DNA from: Utricularia gibba
Taxonomy: Eukaryota > Plantae > Magnoliophyta
Reading direction: 5' to 3'
Assembly (NCBI GenBank): GCA_002189035.1
Contig: NEEC01000002.1
Span: forward strand, 248,001 to 312,000
DNA: 64,000 bases
The notes under the pieces were generated by a model that did not search any database, was not told where the DNA came from, and was given only the letters and a program-made list of their open reading frames with translations. Made by a program: the position numbers and the translations under genes. Of the stretch, positions 58,727-64,000 are shown piece by piece. Position 1 is the first letter of the stretch. Every line of letters starts with the position of its first letter.

Positions 58727-59593
58727 TCATCCACCTTCATTGGCTAACAGCATCGAGCTGTCCCTCATTAGATTCAAGCTAAGATTGTTGAGCCTTTCCT
58801 TGGAATATTATCTCCACGCCTTTCTCAAATCCGTTCCCGCCTTCATCAATGCTGCAAATTCGTCAAAACTGTGATAGAGAAGTGGAGAATGAAGTGATAA
58901 GGCGGTGCCACAATCCGTGCTGTTTCCATAACAATCTGAACATCTGAATCGGGAATATATGCCCAAACTTGTATAGACCAATCTTGAATTCTCCCAGCCC
59001 GACTTTACTGGTCTCCCCGGCATCCATCATGTCAAAAGCCCCCTTAATTCCAGCAGCTTCCTCAGACAAGTAGTCAGCCACAAACTGCGGATAAATTGAT
59101 CCCAGCAGTAGCAAACCACGGGCTTACACATCCCTTCTCTTTCTTCCTCGATGAAGTTTTAAGTTTGTTCACAAAAAAAAGAGAATTCATCATGCAGGAA
59201 GTAGTACCCTTCATGCTTGTAGCCAAGGATGCTCTACCATCGTCCTTTCAACTCAACTCAGTTGTTGCGCGGGATCACTATACCAAGATAGCAGCATGAG
59301 CTGATGAGAAGCACTGCAGATGTTGTTCAGATGGTATTTATAAACAAAAAAGCTCATCAATTCGATCAAATAATTCTCCACCTTCACAGAATGATCTTCT
59401 CAAGTGTCCCCCAAGCTCACAATGGATGCCTCGGGTATGCCTCATTATCTCACTCTCCCTTCTCACATCCTCAATATCGACAGCAGTTCCTCCGGTCCAT
59501 TATTCACAACATAACGAATCAAATATGTGTTTGCTCCGCTCTTTTTCTTCTGCTTTTTCCCAGAGCGGATGAAACAGCACAACAATTCCCCAT
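58727..59593 (-). pseudogene. Collapsed calcium-dependent protein kinase (CDPK, CPK7/8/32-like clade) pseudogene
   Basis: Colinear remnants across shifting frames: MGNCC (59593), TAVDIEDVR (59487-59461), CEGGELFDRI (59389-59359), EHPWLQ (about 59235), FVNKLK (about 59170), LSEEAAGIKGAFDMMD...GEFKIGL...[45 protein letters not shown]. Multiple stops, frameshifts and large deletions. Confidence 0.88.
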
Positions 59594-60763
59594 GACTAAG
59601 GACGAGCGTTTCAACTATCCCTGGTACACTTACCAGCAACACAAGAAACCGCGTTAATAAAACCCCCACCATCAAAACTAAAAGAACAGCTGGGTCAAAA
59701 ATCAGTCTACAGCATATAATTTCTCCAGATTTAGAAAGAGGGAAATAGGCGTTCCATCCCTTCATATCAAATCCAGCAAACTTCGGCGAAAAACTCCCGA
59801 GAATCTCAAGAAAACCGATAATAAACACCCAACGAGAAGATTTCATCCATTTGCATCAAGTGGAAGTGGAAATCAGAGAACACAAAACACAAAAACGCAG
59901 ACTACAAACGAGTTAGGAAACCATCCTGAAAAAAGGGGTGGTGAAAATCAAGCCTTCCAAATGAAAAAATCCATACACGAAAGGTAGGAAACAGAGGGGG
60001 TTCAAAAAGTTACCTGCGCAGATGCTCCTTTTCTCCATCTCCGGATCCTCACCACCTCCCGCCTCTCTTTCTCGCCGATTGAATCCTCCTCCCGCTTATC
60101 CCCTTTTGTAGTTCGATAAAAAAAAAAAATACCCATTTTGACAGCAACTCGTCGGATTTTTCATGTAATTCCAGCATACAATAATTATTGTAAGAATAAT
60201 AATAATAAATACCCGAAAATATTTTTATTTACTATTTTCACATTTATAATATCGATTAATTCACGCCACATAACTTGAATTCAAGCATTTTAATATATCT
60301 TAAATATATTATAAGGGTGTTTTAACTTGGTTAGTGTTTGAAATTTAAATTATATGTTTTAAAAAACGCTCCTTTACTGCTAAAATTTTCATAAATCCAT
60401 GTACAAAAAACTATTTTAAAATTTATTTTATTAATCAATTATTGATTTTAATAAAAAAATCCCAAAACCAACCATCTTCAAACAATTTCACTTTTCTCGT
60501 AATTTAGTTTTTTATTTAATTTTGTATATTAAAAATAACTTAAAATATTCTTGAGTTCGGTGCAAAACGCTCAAGTAAAAATGCGATGGCAGAGGCCGTA
60601 GACCAACTTGTTAAGAAGCGAAAACGACGTCGTTAATAAGACGCATAGAACCTTCCATTGTTCAACTACACACGCTGCACTGAAACTGAACACCTAGACT
60701 AGACCGGAAAGCCAAAGACGGAAGTAACTACAAGGGATCCACGCCGGAGCAGGAAACGCAGAG

Positions 60764-60979
60764 CTATATGAAGGAGCGCCTGGAGAGGACGAACTGAAAG
60801 AAGGCATCGATATCCGGAGACGCGAAAAAGGCGACCTCCCCGGTGTGCGCCAAGGACCTCCGTTTCTTCTTCTTGGGAGCACAAGGGCATGTCTGCGTCT
60901 CCGGGATTCGGGATCTTTTCGACTTGGGCGTCGAACACCCGTAGCTGCGACACGTCTCCTGTGTCCCAGAGAACCGCAT
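60764..60979 (-). CDS. SMR: SIAMESE-RELATED (SMR) cyclin-dependent kinase inhibitor; a possible upstream in-frame start lies at 61054
   Basis: MRFSGTQETCRSYGCSTPKSKRSRIPETQTCPCAPKKKKRR...FFASPDIDAFF*. SMR motifs: CxTP, CPxAPxK and the FFxxPD/EIExFF-like motif. Confidence 0.82.
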   Translation of the reverse strand: MRFSGTQETCRSYGCSTPKSKRSRIPETQTCPCAPKKKKRRSLAHTGEVAFFASPDIDAFFQFVLSRRSFI

Positions 60980-61005
60980 CTTTCTTCCCTCTGTACAAGC
61001 CTGGA

Positions 61006-61032
61006 GAAGAAGAAGAAGAAGAAGAAGAAGAA
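61006..61032. repeat. (GAA)9 / (CTT)9 microsatellite in the SMR leader
   Basis: Seen directly. It reads as 9 Leu in frame with SMR on the minus strand. Confidence 0.9.
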
Positions 61033-62265
61033 TGGCCGTGAAGGTTCTATCCATCCAAAAACTACATATACAGGCCAGGAGACACGAATATCAGTAAAGA
61101 TTGCTTTACAAATCTTGACTGGAAAAGCTCTTGCGGCCGAATCAGCCCGCACCCCACTCTTAAAGAATGCTTTTTTTTTTTGTTATTGATGGAGGAAGAG
61201 GAGCAATGGCGACACACCATTGCTGTCGAGTTGGATTCCACCGAGGTTTTAGGATTCTGAGCACTGAATGCAATACTAAAAAGTGGCTTGATTAGATGCT
61301 TAGGATCCCCTGGCCGCGAGCTTTCTTTTGTTGGAGCTTTAAGGGTAAATTCGCTATGTCTGGGTCACTGTGCCTACTTTTTTTTTGTTTTTTAATGCTT
61401 TTTTAAAATTAAATTAAATTCGATAAAATATCTAAAATATTATTTTTTAATCAATGAAAATAAATTGGAGATGATGTGAAACAATTAAAATAAATCAAGG
61501 GGACTATGATGATATCTTATTAATAAAAGGAAACATTCTAATTTTGTAATAGACTTTTTATTTAGAATAGAAAAACATAAAATCGTGAAGTTTTGGTGTC
61601 TAAAACAAACAATATTATGGAAATATAGGATGGGCCGTTATTTTGGTATTTATTTATTATATATTTTTAGATTTAATTGATTATTCGATTTTAGAATAAA
61701 ATGAATAATCAAAAGGTAAGGAAAAGTCCGACAGTGCATTCAATTCCAAGTTTGTGGCAAACAAGAAAAGGACAGAAACGGGATCTCGCCGCTGGGATTC
61801 CTTTCACACTGCCGATTGGAGGTCTGTGGTTCGTATTCTCCCACGTGGCCACATCGGAGCGTCCATGAATTGTGTCCAGATTCATTCCCAAGATATATTT
61901 TCAAAAAAATAGTAATTTATTTAAACAATTTTTATTTTCGTACGTGAAATGTTTTGAGGGTATGGCATGCAGTAAATATTTAAATTTAGATATTTTTTTG
62001 ATGCGTCTCCGTGTTAGATACATAATGCGCCGGAAAGATATTTTTGCAAGTTTTGGTGTCAAGTGGTATGTGTGGGAAGGCACACCGGAGCTGTCTAGGG
62101 CCGCATGCGGTTTTTTCTGGCCCTTGGTTTTCCATTGAGGAAATCAAAATCATTTTCTCCTTTTCTCTCCCGGCTTTCAAGCACCGCGATTCTCGGAGAC
62201 GTTCTTGTCGATTCCGGGATTCCGCGCCGCAATTGGAATCCGATTACCGAAATTGGAACCCCGCG

Positions 62266-63379
62266 ATGGTCGCCGCCGCTGTTGTGTCGCTCGTGGGTGA
62301 ACCCAAGGCTTCTTCGCCCTGTTTCTGTTTCGATTTCTTGCCTTCGTGTGGCGATATGATGGTTGTGCGCCGGAAACGCTTAACGAGCAGTCGGAATTTG
62401 GGGTTTAGAAGCACGTTCGTTGATTGCAAAGTGTTTGATGGATGGTGCACGAGTTTGAAGAGACACAAGAAACGCAGAGGTTTCGTGGTCGTGGGGGAGC
62501 TCGCGGGGCAGTATGACGACACCTTTGAGGACGTCAAACGAGTATGTTCATTTCCTCAGCCCTCAAATTCGAATAAAACTTGTTCACATGTCCTTCTTGT
62601 GTTCGCTTTAGACGGATCAACGCCCTAGCTTGAACTTGATTGAGTTGCTAATCCTGACGTGTGTTGTATTAGTCTTGCTTAAGACCCACAATTACACGTA
62701 ATTGGAGATTCCAAAAACATGAAGCTTTTTGATGCAGCAAATTGTCGACTTCTTCACATACAAGGCTGTAAGGACGGTGTTGAACCAGCTCTACGAGATG
62801 GATCCTAACCAGTATCGGTGGTTTTATGAGTAAGCACTTCCTCCATCTGAACAATCCCGCGCTATCTGTTCATAACTCAAATCTATGGTCTTTTGGATGA
62901 CATAGTTGAGCTGTTTTCACCAGCTACGTTGCATCCAACGAGCATGGCTATGGGAAGCACTTCATTCGAAACCTTGTAAAGGTACGTGAATGGATCTTAA
63001 GGGGTTGGCTCTTCTAGGCTCCGTACTACGTTCACTTGCATCTTCTGCATCATCAGCTTCGTTACATGGATCACTGGTGTTAACTTTTGCCCAGCAGGAT
63101 AAACAAAATCTGGCCGAGAGGGTAATGGTGACTCGCCTTCACCTATATGCCAAATGGATCAAGGTTGATTGCTAACAGAACTTAACTCTGTCGTAGCCAA
63201 GGCATTGTCATTACATTTCTATAAATAAGAACCTTGGTGTTCTTGTGCAGAAATGCAACCATACCGAAATGTACGAACGGATTTCGGACCAGAATTTGGA
63301 GTTGATGCGCGAGCGTCTAATGGAGACGGTGATCTGGCCGCCTTCAGACGACTCCAACACCGAAGAACTCATCGGATAA
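62266..63379 (+). CDS. RBCX2: Chloroplast Rubisco assembly chaperone RbcX (RbcX2-type), 5 exons
   Basis: Transit peptide, then GQYDDTFEDVKR|QIVDFFTYKAVRTVLNQLYEMDP..WFYD|YVASN...GKHFIRNLVK|DKQNLAERVMVTRLHLYAKWIK|KCNHTEMYERISDQNLELMRERLMETVIW. Confidence 0.92.
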
Positions 63380-63536
63380 CAAAGGCTGGTGATCGCTGCT
63401 GCTTATGCCTAGGCTCTGTGCACGGTTTCTATACAAAACTGCAGTTGGTATTTATGGTTCCATCATGTTCAATCTTCATCTTCCAAAAGTAGTTGCTGAT
63501 ATAAAAGACCATAACTGTAGCATCCGTGTGAATTCC

Positions 63537-64000
63537 TTACTGGAGGGAAAAAAGCGAATCAAGTGAACAGAAAGTGGCCACTGTTTCTCCTTGAGCGGCC
63601 GCGGCCGGTACGTTTTCCACCATAATCCGATGGGGATGAAGAAAGCCGTAGCACAGTTGGCGATTCAGCCCTTGAGAATTGAGATTCGACGCGAACGACA
63701 AAAGGGCTGCTCGGCGGGGTGGCCAATGCAGTACTGGCTGCAGACAAGAATTCGGTGAACATAGCCCCAATATGAGCAGCTCACTAGCCAAGAAGCAATG
63801 GGAATAGACGTAGAGGAGAACGAGGGCTGCCACGAGATCAACAAACCACCAACAAACTGCAAAAAGAATGGAAGAATTCAGCGTGGGGATGGATCATTTG
63901 CTTGAACAATGAATGACAGAGCAGGAGGATGAAGAAAAATAACCTTGACTACGGCTCCAATGAAGAGTTTTGGCTAGTAAGTCTAGCGCGGTGGTCCAAT
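63537..64000 (-). CDS. Possible 3' exons of an unidentified gene entering from the right edge
   Basis: The only open frame at the edge (WTTALDLLAKTLHWSRSQ) joins via an 87-bp GT-AG intron (63943-63857) to a ~105-codon open frame with a hydrophobic stretch. The family is not recognised. Confidence 0.35.

Noticed and set aside
63780-63860. Resemblance of CWWFVDLVAALVLLYVY to the Cox3 motif WHFVDVVWLFL (organellar insertion)
   Set aside because: The match is very short, flanking similarity is absent, and a spliceosomal-type intron lies adjacent.

Overview
Eukaryotic plant nuclear DNA (eudicot, probably an asterid/Lamiales-type compact genome; this is inferred from about 24 genes in 64 kb and many 70-100 bp introns). 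There are no prokaryotic features, CRISPR arrays, rRNA, tRNA or intact transposons. Genes in order: partial PPR, plastid enolase, CPP1/CDF1, mitochondrial PPR, SEC23-family, ELM1, small conserved TM protein, type-I DnaJ, BC10-like glycosyltransferase, OEP61, CRR42, CCHC zinc-knuckle protein, EIN3/EIL, plastid FHA protein, GAMYB with a miR159 site, CNX1, eEF1B, C2H2-EAR zinc finger, calmodulin, LRP1/SHI, AGT1, nuclear PsbT, SMR CDK inhibitor and RbcX2. Main observations: (1) a collapsed ~870 bp CDPK pseudogene at 58727-59593 that the ORF track misses and that keeps its MGNCC acylation start; (2) five otherwise well-conserved genes (ENO1, SEC23, DnaJ, EIN3, eEF1B) each carry exactly one frame-breaking lesion, four of them in homopolymer runs, which most likely reflects long-read consensus errors; (3) several local duplications touch splice or start signals, including a perfect 87-bp AG|GT-anchored duplication in ELM1, exon echoes inside introns and a copy of the ENO1 leader. 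All gene identities come from manual translation and recalled family motifs; no database search was run.
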